Source: an uncultured Planctomycetales bacterium
GTDB taxonomy: Bacteria > Omnitrophota > Gorgyraeia > Zapsychrales > Fredricksoniimonadaceae
Assembly (NCBI GenBank): GCA_964583975.1
Contig: CAZOXU010000001.1
Span: forward strand, 99,552 to 163,551
Direction of reading: 5' to 3'
Length of the DNA: 64,000 nucleotides
The notes beneath the pieces are model-generated. The model saw only the letters and a list, made by a program, of their open reading frames with translations. It did no database searches and was not told where the DNA came from. This document shows, piece after piece, positions 27,270-36,760 of this stretch (within the stretch, counting starts at the first letter, position 1; each line of letters begins with the position of its first letter). The position numbers and the translations under genes were made by a program.

Positions 27270-29483
27270 TTATTCTTGGAATATTTCCTTGCCCGCATCA
27301 ATTTGGTTGATGATCAATTCTGATAAATCTTTACGCATAAACCATTCCGGAGGCAGATTTTTATCCATCAACATCTTTCGTCCTTGCGTTCCACTGATGG
27401 AAAGAATATCTTCTTGTTTATGGTCGCATGTCTCTACGTAACTTTCGCATTTGCGGCAATAATTGATTTCATTAAAGAAAATTGGTTCAATTCCAATATC
27501 TCCCAAGCTTTCAAATAATTGACGAACGCTATCTTTCTGATAGTACCCCTCGATCCCAGAATGATCGCGTCCCACCACAAAATGGCTGCAGCCATAATTC
27601 TTACGGCAAATCGCTGTAAATACTGCTTCTCTAGGGCCCGCATAGCGAGGGTAATTTAGCCAGGCTGCAAGCAAAACTTTATGAGCCGGATAATATTTGC
27701 TAATAATAATTTCATAGCTTTTTAGAATGATTTCAGAGAGATAATCGCCCTTCTTCTTTGGTCCAGACAAAGGGTGAATGAAAATGCCATCACAATGGTA
27801 TTTCTCGATGGCTGTCTTCTGGATGTGTTCGTGAACCCGGTGGGCTACATTGCGTGTATGAAAACCAATAATTCTCGACCAACCTTTATGCTCAAATATT
27901 TTTCGGACCTGCCTAGGCGTCATTTCAAACTGTTTGTTTTGAGAAGGCAGCCTTTTAATTAAAGTAATCTCTCCACCCAAAAAATGATTAGGTCGTTTTA
28001 AAATATCTTCAACACCAGGATGTTTAGAATCATTCGTACCAAATAACTGGCTGGTCAATTGTTGCAAATCATAGGTATATATATCTTTAATATCCAAGAT
28101 GGCATATACCAATCCATCATTCTTAAAACACAGAGCAACTTTCTGGCCAATACTTAATTGCTCAGCATTTTTCTGATCAATTTGTAAAACTATGGGCATG
28201 GGCCAGATGACACCCGTAGGAAGTTTAAAATCCTTCAATACCCCATCTAACTCTTCCTTGCTCATAAAGCCTTTAAGCGGAGAAAATGCTCCAATGGCAA
28301 TCTGCTCGGCATTAATCAAATCTTTTTCTTCGACTACAATCTTCTTGTATGCATTAATTAGCTCTAAATCAGGACTATCTTCATAGCGATGAATTAACTC
28401 TCCACCGTGAGGCTTAATCAAAAAAGAATGGTCGTCACTATCTAAATTCTCTAGAAAACCATTGGGTCCCTGACAATACTCATGGAATTGTTGCATCACA
28501 CGTGAAACCATGCTGGCGCATTCTACCGGATAGGAACCAATTGCTGTTTCCGCAGCCAAAACCAAACCATCGGCACCATCTACCAAGGTATTAAAAATAT
28601 CATTAACTTCAGCTCGAGTTGGATTAGACATAGTGATCATGGATTCCAATAAATTGGTAGCTACAAACATTTCCACATTAGCTTGCTTTGCTCTTCTAAT
28701 TATTTCTTTTTGCACCCTAGGGATTTGTTCGATCGGTACCTGCCTGGACATGTCTCCTCGATCCAACAAAAGGGCATGGCTACGACCTGCAATGGCTTCT
28801 AAATTCTTAATACCCATCAGTGATTCAATTTTAGAAATAATATAGGTCTGAGGAGCAACGTGCTTCTTTAGCTCATCGATATCTTCAGCTTTATTAGCAA
28901 AGGACAATGCCACATGTTTAATTCCCATCTTTTTGCCAATAGCAAATGCCTGGATATCTTTTTCTGTTAATGCAGGCAGGTCAATTTCACGATCTACACT
29001 GACAGCTTTATTACGTCCAATAAAGCCGCCGGTCAAAACCTTAATCACCAAACCATTTTGGTCCTTAGCAATCACCTTGACCAAAACAGAATTAAAATCA
29101 ATGCTGACAATGTCTCCGACTTCTATTTTGTCAACGCAATCTAAAGGATACAAATTAAATGAACTACCGCTTCCCTCAACTGCTTGTCTTGGTATTTTGA
29201 TGATTTGATTTTCTTCCAACAGGATTTTAATATCAAGGAAGTCTCCTGTTCTAATCTGTGCGCCTTCGCTGTCTAAACACACAGGGACCTTGGTCCTGGA
29301 CTGAATAAACTTAATCACTTCTGGAAGATCTTTAATCTTAGTATGCGAAAGATTGATCCGAAAAAGACTGACCCCCACATCAGTTAATCGCGCAATGACA
29401 CGATCATTCATTGATGCAGGACCTAAAGTGCATAATATTTTTTTCGGCACACTCATATTGAAGATATTCTTTCCTTTAAGCAC
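27270..29483 (-). CDS. Pyruvate kinase catalytic domain fused to ATP sulfurylase (sulfate adenylyltransferase)
   Basis: PK N-terminal part: 'KILCTLGPAS', 'RINLSHT', 'IISKIES', 'LLDRGDM', 'ATNLLESMITMSNPTRAEVNDIFN'. ATP sulfurylase C-terminal part: 'LIKPHGGELI', 'GFHTRNVAHRVHE', 'VVGRDHSGIEGYY'. Confidence 0.8.
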   Translation of the reverse strand: MLKGKNIFNMSVPKKILCTLGPASMNDRVIARLTDVGVSLFRINLSHTKIKDLPEVIKFIQSRTKVPVCLDSEGAQIRTGDFLDIKILLEENQIIKIPRQAVEGSGSSFNLYPLDCVDKIEVGDIVSIDFNSVLVKVIAKDQNGLVIKVLTGGFIGRNKAVSVDREIDLPALTEKDIQAFAIGKKMGIKHVALSFANKAEDIDELKKHVAPQTYIISKIESLMGIKNLEAIAGRSHALLLDRGDMSRQVPIEQIPRVQKEIIRRAKQANVEMFVATNLLESMITMSNPTRAEVNDIFNTLVDGADGLVLAAETAIGSYPVECASMVSRVMQQFHEYCQGPNGFLENLDSDDHSFLIKPHGGELIHRYEDSPDLELINAYKKIVVEEKDLINAEQIAIGAFSPLKGFMSKEELDGVLKDFKLPTGVIWPMPIVLQIDQKNAEQLSIGQKVALCFKNDGLVYAILDIKDIYTYDLQQLTSQLFGTNDSKHPGVEDILKRPNHFLGGEITLIKRLPSQNKQFEMTPRQVRKIFEHKGWSRIIGFHTRNVAHRVHEHIQKTAIEKYHCDGIFIHPLSGPKKKGDYLSEIILKSYEIIISKYYPAHKVLLAAWLNYPRYAGPREAVFTAICRKNYGCSHFVVGRDHSGIEGYYQKDSVRQLFESLGDIGIEPIFFNEINYCRKCESYVETCDHKQEDILSISGTQGRKMLMDKNLPPEWFMRKDLSELIINQIDAGKEIFQE

Positions 29484-31053
29484 CCGTAAAGTGATCTGTT
29501 GCTAAATGTCCTGTTGCTCGATTAATCAAAAACCAATTGCCATTAAAATTCGTGGTGGGATGCTCGAACCAGACAACCGCAGCCTCATTCATCGAATCTC
29601 CAATCTTTTTGATCAAATCATCACCATGAATCGTAGAAATACCATCAGGAATATTCAAAGGATAATTGTTAAACACATGCTCAGTTCCCTTATCCGTAAA
29701 AATTCGTAAATTAATGGTCTTATCTGGATTTGTTCGAGCTCCACCTGCAGTCGCTAAGGCATAAATACTTCGAAATTCCTTAAATAAAGGCGCCATTTTT
29801 AAACAGCGATAAGATTTAGGTAGGCCACAGGAATCATTATGGTAGCCAAAAGAATATTGGGTATGAACCTGATCAGCAAAGCTCTCTCCCCGGCGATAAT
29901 ATAAATGCAGATAACATGGAGGTTTTTGTTCAAACTCATTTTGATCGCGCTGAAAATCGACCACAAAATAAACACCGCCTTTGATCTGTTTTCCCTCAAA
30001 GACCTTAGCCAAATCAAAACCCAGCTCTTCATCACTTAATGTAACAAATTTCTCTCCTAACAATTCACCAGACTCTCGATACCCCTTGATCAAGAAGGAT
30101 CGGGTTTGAAAACCAATTTCTTCTTCATTCACATTAATCAGTGGAGCATTAAGTTCAAAATCTGGTACATAAAAAGCAGTGACACAAGATTGTACGGTTT
30201 TCTCCTTTGATGGAATATGTCGAATGTTCTTCATATGGCCTGAACAGTTATCATGCCAAAGAGTTGTTGGATCGCCACTCTCATCATGCACGATACAAAA
30301 ACCCATTGATCCTTTAATAGGCCCTTGGCTTTGGGCTCTTCTAAAAGCACCCTTGGCCCCCTCAGTCTGAAGAACTTGGTAGGGATCAGCAAAGTTACAA
30401 TAATAGGCTAGCTGCTGCCCTGGAATAAATGCACGGTAGCAAAATTCATCACGTTTGACATAAGGCTTCAAAAGAACAGGTATCGAATGAATACCCGAAA
30501 TCGTACCTTTGGCCGTATTGTTGAGAAACATAAAAAAACGAAATTCATTACCTGGGGTTTTAAGCCGAGGATGAAAGGCTTCTAACATCACAATTCCCTG
30601 CTTTGGTAAGGCGTTCTGGTCAGCCTCCTGGGTAAAGTTCTTAAGATATTTAACTTCATTAGGGGCCAAAAGATATTGTTTAGACCAAAAACACTGCTCA
30701 CCTACCAAGATAGACAAACGAATGAGGATAGGATCACGAAGGCCATAGTTACGTTGCAAAAAGTTAAAAATCAAAATATCTGTCATGCCTCTATGATAGG
30801 GAACATGAACCGAGGCTCGAGGAACCGAAACATCCGGAACAATTTGTTCAGGCGTCTTCTTACCATAATAAATATTAAATAACTCAGGCAATATTTTGGA
30901 GGCGGCAACGCTCTTGGCTGCAGAGTGTTCTTTTAAATAATATTGCTCGGTAAGGGTTGGATTATACCCAGGGCAGGCCTTGAAAAACTTGACCGCTAAC
31001 TTCTCAGCATTGCTCTTTCCTATAATCCTTGAAACCATTTCGAATTTTTGCAT
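29476..31053 (-). CDS. Hypothetical protein (525 aa), no recognisable motif
   Basis: Long uninterrupted ORF, co-directional, with an 8-nt overlap with the upstream gene. Cys/His-rich and probably soluble. Confidence 0.5.
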   Translation of the reverse strand: MQKFEMVSRIIGKSNAEKLAVKFFKACPGYNPTLTEQYYLKEHSAAKSVAASKILPELFNIYYGKKTPEQIVPDVSVPRASVHVPYHRGMTDILIFNFLQRNYGLRDPILIRLSILVGEQCFWSKQYLLAPNEVKYLKNFTQEADQNALPKQGIVMLEAFHPRLKTPGNEFRFFMFLNNTAKGTISGIHSIPVLLKPYVKRDEFCYRAFIPGQQLAYYCNFADPYQVLQTEGAKGAFRRAQSQGPIKGSMGFCIVHDESGDPTTLWHDNCSGHMKNIRHIPSKEKTVQSCVTAFYVPDFELNAPLINVNEEEIGFQTRSFLIKGYRESGELLGEKFVTLSDEELGFDLAKVFEGKQIKGGVYFVVDFQRDQNEFEQKPPCYLHLYYRRGESFADQVHTQYSFGYHNDSCGLPKSYRCLKMAPLFKEFRSIYALATAGGARTNPDKTINLRIFTDKGTEHVFNNYPLNIPDGISTIHGDDLIKKIGDSMNEAAVVWFEHPTTNFNGNWFLINRATGHLATDHFTGA

Positions 31054-31064
31054 AGTTTTTCCGC

Positions 31065-31931
31065 TTAGATACTTGATTGAAATTCATGGACCCGCTTTTT
31101 CATTCTAAAAACTTCTCCAGGATATTTAAGCCATTTAATATTCCCTCCAAGAGGGCCCGCCATCACAGAATACACTAAAGGACTTTTAAGTTCAGGCACC
31201 TTGGTGAATCGCACTGTATAGCGCGCATAATCTTTTTGGCCAACAAGTTCTGGAGCCATATACGCATCACTTTGAGGATCAGAGGAAATAGGCTCAAGCT
31301 TCCCCCAATACAAAATACGAATATGATTAAAGCCTTCTGCTAAAGCAACTTTTACAATTTCAGGAACACTGATAATGTCAAAGTACACAAGTCCCTGGCC
31401 CGCATTTTTATGATGGCACTTATCCAAATCAGAAATCGTCCCTTCTTGAATGCAGCCTATAAAAGTCATGATAAAACTGATATTAATATGTTTTAAAACC
31501 TTCTTTAGTTGTTCGAGGGGCTCAGGCATATGGTGGATCGAATGTCTTTCATAGCCATAATCATAATTTCGAGTAAATTCATACTTAGTAAAATCTGCAT
31601 GCACCCACTTGGCTTGAGGAAAACGTTCACGAGCAGCAGCAACACCCTTGTCAGAAACTTCAATTCCGGTATAGTCGCTCACATCAATAATACCCTTACT
31701 CTTTAATGCATTAAATCCCTGCCCCATAGCTGAACCAATCTCAACTATACTTTTCTTTTGAACAGGTTTTGTAACCTCATAACGCCAAGCACGATTTGGT
31801 CGTTCGAAATCATCATCAAAAGGCAGATGGATCCAGTCCCATTGCACTTGACCGTATTTGCCATAGGCATCAAAGGTCCATACTTGACCCAAATTCTGTT
31901 CATAATATTTTTCTTTATGATTCATAATCAC
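31065..31931 (-). CDS. Class I SAM-dependent methyltransferase
   Basis: 'IVEIGSAMGQGFNAL' motif I. Confidence 0.6.
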   Translation of the reverse strand: MIMNHKEKYYEQNLGQVWTFDAYGKYGQVQWDWIHLPFDDDFERPNRAWRYEVTKPVQKKSIVEIGSAMGQGFNALKSKGIIDVSDYTGIEVSDKGVAAARERFPQAKWVHADFTKYEFTRNYDYGYERHSIHHMPEPLEQLKKVLKHINISFIMTFIGCIQEGTISDLDKCHHKNAGQGLVYFDIISVPEIVKVALAEGFNHIRILYWGKLEPISSDPQSDAYMAPELVGQKDYARYTVRFTKVPELKSPLVYSVMAGPLGGNIKWLKYPGEVFRMKKRVHEFQSSI

Positions 31932-31940
31932 CTTTCAATC

Positions 31941-32468
31941 TTACTTAGCCTTAAAGGCCTTTTTTCTTTCGCGCAATTGATCCATATAATCTTTAGCCCG
32001 TCCGGAATCTTCCATCGATGGCGACCATGGAGCAACCACGGTATCTCTGTCTCGATCAAAAGGGCCCTTGGTTGTCTCGTGAAAAACGCAAGTATCGGAA
32101 TCAATCAAAACCGTATGGTAAAACTCACCGTCCATTCGGTAATAAAAACGTCGACCTGAACGATATTCTCCCATATTAACTACGTCCTTAATTTCACCAT
32201 GATTGTCAAAAATAATAATGTCAGCGGCACCTTCAATAATATGAATAGATTCGGGCTTACCAAGATGCTTATGCGGTCTCACATAGGTGTCTCTAAAATG
32301 AACAATAAACATTTCATGCAAATCTGAATTGGGATCTTCATGCATACATAATCGACTGCGAACAGTTTTAGCGACGTGAGCCTTTGCTATCAACACCCCT
32401 ATATCTTTTTGATCAACCTTAACGATCGGCTTGTCAGCATAAAATATACAATCCGTTATTTCTTTCAT
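31941..32468 (-). CDS. Cupin-fold protein (WbuC-like)
   Basis: 'CMHEDPNSDLHEMFIVHFRDTYVRPHKH...ESIHIIEGAADIIIFD' cupin His/Glu pattern. Small (175 aa) and located inside a polysaccharide locus. Confidence 0.45.
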   Translation of the reverse strand: MKEITDCIFYADKPIVKVDQKDIGVLIAKAHVAKTVRSRLCMHEDPNSDLHEMFIVHFRDTYVRPHKHLGKPESIHIIEGAADIIIFDNHGEIKDVVNMGEYRSGRRFYYRMDGEFYHTVLIDSDTCVFHETTKGPFDRDRDTVVAPWSPSMEDSGRAKDYMDQLRERKKAFKAK

Positions 32469-32519
32469 AAAACTCCTTTTAAAAAAACCATTTATCTACG
32501 CCTTTTCGCTGATAGCGAT

Positions 32520-33776
32520 CTACACTTGATTTATAGACGAATTAAAGGCATTTTTCGATTCATTTAAATCTTGTAAATATTGATATTTTTCCAAAAACAA
32601 TGCCCCTATTCTGGAATAATTATGCGGGCCGTGCACACCATTTGTAAAAGGGAAATCTCCCCAGAATTGCGACTGTAACTCTTCTTGTTCTTCGGTAGTT
32701 TTCCATTGACCCTTTAAACGTTCTTCCATTTCTAAGACTACATCACGAATCTCTTCAGGAGAGTTTTTGATCACCTCTAATCCTTGATCTTCAAACATCT
32801 TGGTCTGTACACCATATCTGATATTTTCATTTAACATTTCTTTAAAACTCAAAAGTCTGCCATCTTTCTTGTTTCTCAAAAGTTTGAGAATGCTTAAGAA
32901 TTGATCTGACCAGGTAAAGAGAAAACCAACGGGAATAACATTGATATAAACAACCGGTTTTCGGAAAAGTCTGGCCACAGCTTCAATACCGCCCTCTCCG
33001 ACAAAGAAATGACACTTGGAAATTAAATAGATATCAGCAAAATCACTTCTAAAAGAGCTGTTGGCATAATCAATGACTTGCGGATGAACCAACGGAAACT
33101 TCTCTTCAACAACTCGCCCCATACGAATGATGTAATAACCTCGAGCTATCAACTCTTGAGCTGCCAATACAAAATCTGCAACAGGAAAATTACGATAATG
33201 ATGATAGCTCCAATCTCGGCCAGGGCTATGCTGACTTAAATACAAGCCATCGCGTCCTTGAATACAAACAAACGGCGTTCCTTTGGGAATGCCCATGCAA
33301 CGCAATAAGGTCTCACCCTGCTCTTGTTCGGAAGGAGTAAAAGTAACCTGAGGTGGAGTTTTATACGTTAAAGAAAAAATATCCCTGCTCTGAAAGGTGC
33401 GCCACTTATGAAGATGTGCTTTTCCACCAGGAACTTTTATATTGATTCGAAAAACCCAATAGGCCAAATTTGATACAGGTAAAACTCGACTCCATAACTT
33501 CACCATCTGCTTATTGACCTTGTTGGGACGATTAGGAAAGAAAATATTGATGGCTTGTGGCTGATGCATACCCATTTTTCTTTCTAAAACATAGGTATCT
33601 AACTCTCCAGCTGCATGTCCAATGCGATCTTTGATAGGAATAAGCCGCACCAAAACAAATGGACGGAGAATTCGCATCAACACAACACAAGGCAAGGCTA
33701 AAAACAAGACTGGAATTTTAGGCACTACGACTGATACTAACCATTGAAATGAATATTTAGGTGGAACACTCGACAC
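32520..33776 (-). CDS. Conserved protein of unknown function, paralog of 24318..25898 (TIGR04372-like putative glycosyltransferase)
   Basis: 'VIDYANSSFRSDFADIYLISKCHFFVGEGG' and 'GLEVIKNSPEEIRDVVLEM' are shared with 24318..25898. It lies immediately downstream of an FkbM methyltransferase. Confidence 0.45.
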   Translation of the reverse strand: MSSVPPKYSFQWLVSVVVPKIPVLFLALPCVVLMRILRPFVLVRLIPIKDRIGHAAGELDTYVLERKMGMHQPQAINIFFPNRPNKVNKQMVKLWSRVLPVSNLAYWVFRINIKVPGGKAHLHKWRTFQSRDIFSLTYKTPPQVTFTPSEQEQGETLLRCMGIPKGTPFVCIQGRDGLYLSQHSPGRDWSYHHYRNFPVADFVLAAQELIARGYYIIRMGRVVEEKFPLVHPQVIDYANSSFRSDFADIYLISKCHFFVGEGGIEAVARLFRKPVVYINVIPVGFLFTWSDQFLSILKLLRNKKDGRLLSFKEMLNENIRYGVQTKMFEDQGLEVIKNSPEEIRDVVLEMEERLKGQWKTTEEQEELQSQFWGDFPFTNGVHGPHNYSRIGALFLEKYQYLQDLNESKNAFNSSINQV

Positions 33777-33787
33777 AATGACGCTCC

Positions 33788-34774
33788 TTAATCGGGATTC
33801 AACTCCAATGATTGATTGAACTCGTGTAATCCCTTCATATCTTTGCCAAAAATGGCATGGTAAGTTTCATGATGCTTCTTTAAGGATTGGCCTGGCTGCC
33901 ATTTCAATGAATAAAAAAGTTTATGAAGACCAATATCCATGAATGAATACAATTGGGTACCTTTGAGACTATTGAAATTGACCCCATGTTTCTTTCGAGC
34001 CTCCAATAAAACATCGACAGCCACATCACTGGCTGAATTTAATAGACAAAAAGCAGCATATTTTAAAGCTTTAATAGCAGCGCTCTGGTTTTTCTTAAAA
34101 GCAGAACGAAAAAGATAATCTTTGCGCTTCATCCAGATCGCATCGCCATCAAGCATGACTCCGTATTGGCCATGCACATTGACAAATTCATTTAAAGGAT
34201 GGCCTTGGCCTTTATAACTTAAGTTCATCAAAAAGAAATCGTGCTGCAGCATAAACTCATGGATGGTTGAAAACATAGGCATGCCCTCAAACACATAATC
34301 AAAGCTGACCTCGCAACGAACACCCATTACATTATTTTTTAACTGAGATAATCCACCATTTAGAATTTGAAATTCAGTTCCTTCGGTGTCTAATTTTAAG
34401 AAATCAAGTTCAATTTTATTCTTCTGACAGAAATCATCGATCGTGGTCATTGGTACTCGTTCTTTAGAAACCACCTGGGTCTCCTTTTGTTTTTCTCCAA
34501 CAAAGGTAAATCGATCTTTATATCGCTTGCAGCTGGTACTCATGGCTCGGTTATGAAAGAAATTAATCTCTAACTCTCCCGCCTCTTGACCTAAAGCTTG
34601 ACCATAAATAAAGATTTCTTTAGAACGCGCCTTGTATTTTTGTTTAAGCCTTTTGACCTCGATGGAATCCGGCTCAAACAAGTAATAGCCCAACTCACCT
34701 TTAAAAGGTTTCCAATTGGGATGCAATCCATAACGTCCGCCTGCATCAATAACCGTTGTTACAATGTTTTTCAT
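33788..34774 (-). CDS. FkbM-family methyltransferase
   Basis: 'VIDAGGRYG' and 'FLKLDTEGTEFQIL'. Confidence 0.7.
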   Translation of the reverse strand: MKNIVTTVIDAGGRYGLHPNWKPFKGELGYYLFEPDSIEVKRLKQKYKARSKEIFIYGQALGQEAGELEINFFHNRAMSTSCKRYKDRFTFVGEKQKETQVVSKERVPMTTIDDFCQKNKIELDFLKLDTEGTEFQILNGGLSQLKNNVMGVRCEVSFDYVFEGMPMFSTIHEFMLQHDFFLMNLSYKGQGHPLNEFVNVHGQYGVMLDGDAIWMKRKDYLFRSAFKKNQSAAIKALKYAAFCLLNSASDVAVDVLLEARKKHGVNFNSLKGTQLYSFMDIGLHKLFYSLKWQPGQSLKKHHETYHAIFGKDMKGLHEFNQSLELNPD

Positions 34775-34780
34775 ATTTTT

Positions 34781-35503
34781 CTACCAAGGAATTGGACTGC
34801 CATCATAGTTATAAAATACGCCGTTTTTCTCCGGAGTAAATGCGCTAATAATATTTCGCATCGATTGTATGCTATGCTCCACGGTTATGTCTGCCCTGTT
34901 CCCTACCCTTTCTGTCTTTACAAATCCTGGATGCATCACAATGACGCTAATACCCATTGGCGTATAATCAAACGCCAAACTTTGAGTAACAGCATTTAAA
35001 GCTGCTTTTGAAGAGCGATAAATATAAGTTCCCCCACGCACATGATGCGGCAATTTTCCTCGTTCAGCCAAAGATCCAGCTCGGCTGGATATAAAAACTA
35101 TCTTTTTTTCACGACTACGTTTGACTAAATCAAAAAACATCTCAGTAAATTTAATCGTCGAAAAAAGATTCGTATGCATCACTTCAGTCCATCTTTGAAT
35201 ATCAAGGTGACCAAAGGTAGCTTTCTCATCCTCCGGTCCTCGAATTGCCGCGTTATTCAAAAGAACATCAATACTTTCATCTTTGATCTGATTTCTCACC
35301 TGCTCTACGGCCTTGATATCAGTGATATCCAAACGAAACAAGTGCAGATCACCTTTTAATGACTTAAGCTCACCAGCCAACTCTTCTTTGCGATAGGTTC
35401 CATAAACGCGACATCCATCATTTAGATACTGCCGCGCAAACTCTAATCCAAGTCCACTATTAGCACCAGTTATAAAGATATTTGACTTCGCAACATTCTT
35501 CAT
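34781..35503 (-). CDS. Short-chain dehydrogenase/reductase (SDR)
   Basis: 'IFITGANSGLGLEFARQY', 'NNAA', 'YRSSKAALN'. Confidence 0.8.
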   Translation of the reverse strand: MKNVAKSNIFITGANSGLGLEFARQYLNDGCRVYGTYRKEELAGELKSLKGDLHLFRLDITDIKAVEQVRNQIKDESIDVLLNNAAIRGPEDEKATFGHLDIQRWTEVMHTNLFSTIKFTEMFFDLVKRSREKKIVFISSRAGSLAERGKLPHHVRGGTYIYRSSKAALNAVTQSLAFDYTPMGISVIVMHPGFVKTERVGNRADITVEHSIQSMRNIISAFTPEKNGVFYNYDGSPIPW

Positions 35504-36744
35504 TTGCTATAGATTTTCCACTCTGGAAGAAAAACAACAAACTTCCCACCATTTTCCAGGAATTTTTGGTGGCGTTTTAAAATGGGATCAATATAACGCC
35601 AAGAAAACACTATGACATAATCTGGTTTTTTCTCATATAAAACATCTGAAGAATATGCTGCGAGATGGTGCCCTGGCGTAAATAAATTAAATCGATCTGG
35701 ATTATCATCAACCACATACTCAAGCTTATCTCCTAAATCAAATAAGTGCGCCAAGGTCGTTATGCCTACAGAAGCGCCATAAGCGGCAATCGTCTTACCT
35801 TGTTTTTTCCATCCTGAAATTTCAGAATGAAGACGTTTATGCGTCTGTTCAATAAATTGATTAAATGGCCCAAAAGCTTCAATTTGATCAATTCCCTTAC
35901 TCTTTTCCAAAGCAATCATCTGAGCTACGGATGGCTGAACCTTCCTTGGCCCATTTCTTCTTTGCACATAATTACGAATACATCCACCTTTAGAAACAGT
36001 ATGTTGAACATGGATCAATTCCAAATCAAATTTAGACAATGAACACTGAAGTGACTTTACTGTAAAATATGAAAGATGTTCATGGTGAATAACATCTAAA
36101 AGTCTTTTATCAACGGCGTCTAAGCCGTAGCCCGTTTCAAAAACAAAACATCCCTCTGGACTAAGAAGCTCTCTAATACCAAAAAAGAAATCCTCAAGTT
36201 CATCGATATTAGCCACCACATTATTGGCTGTAATCAACTGAGGCATTCCCCTTTTGTCTTTTAACTCTTTAGCTACCTTGGTAGTAAAGAATGTTTGTAT
36301 GGCTTCAATACCTGATTTATTAACAACCTGAGCAATCGGAGCAGGATCAATGCCTAACACCTTAAATCCGCGATCTTTAAAATACCGCAGCAAAGTCCCA
36401 TCATTGCAGCCAATATCAATAATGAACGCACCTGGTGCGGGCGCCACAAAACTCAAAACATCATCGGCATATTTCTTAAAATATTCGGTAAGACCATATG
36501 ATATTTCTGTTCGGTAGATATAGTTTGCATATAAAGTTTTTGGCGAAACCACATCCAATAACTGTACATTGCTACAAGAGTTGCACAGAAATAAATCTAA
36601 CAAGAAAGTCTTCTCTGTTTGCCCAAGTTCATCAGCTTTAATAAATATATCCCCTGGAGGCGTGGGAGCTAGTTGTGAACCCAATACAACCTTATCGCTT
36701 CCACACAGACGACAATTCTTTCTACGATAATAATCAATCTCCAT
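35500..36744 (-). CDS. NDP-hexose C-methyltransferase-like (TylCIII architecture: Zn-ribbon + SAM methyltransferase + C-terminal domain)
   Basis: 'CRLCGSD...CNSCSNVQL' Zn-ribbon and 'IIDIGCNDGTLLRYF'. Confidence 0.65.
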   Translation of the reverse strand: MEIDYYRRKNCRLCGSDKVVLGSQLAPTPPGDIFIKADELGQTEKTFLLDLFLCNSCSNVQLLDVVSPKTLYANYIYRTEISYGLTEYFKKYADDVLSFVAPAPGAFIIDIGCNDGTLLRYFKDRGFKVLGIDPAPIAQVVNKSGIEAIQTFFTTKVAKELKDKRGMPQLITANNVVANIDELEDFFFGIRELLSPEGCFVFETGYGLDAVDKRLLDVIHHEHLSYFTVKSLQCSLSKFDLELIHVQHTVSKGGCIRNYVQRRNGPRKVQPSVAQMIALEKSKGIDQIEAFGPFNQFIEQTHKRLHSEISGWKKQGKTIAAYGASVGITTLAHLFDLGDKLEYVVDDNPDRFNLFTPGHHLAAYSSDVLYEKKPDYVIVFSWRYIDPILKRHQKFLENGGKFVVFLPEWKIYSK

Positions 36745-36760
36745 CTAATCACCTTTCATT

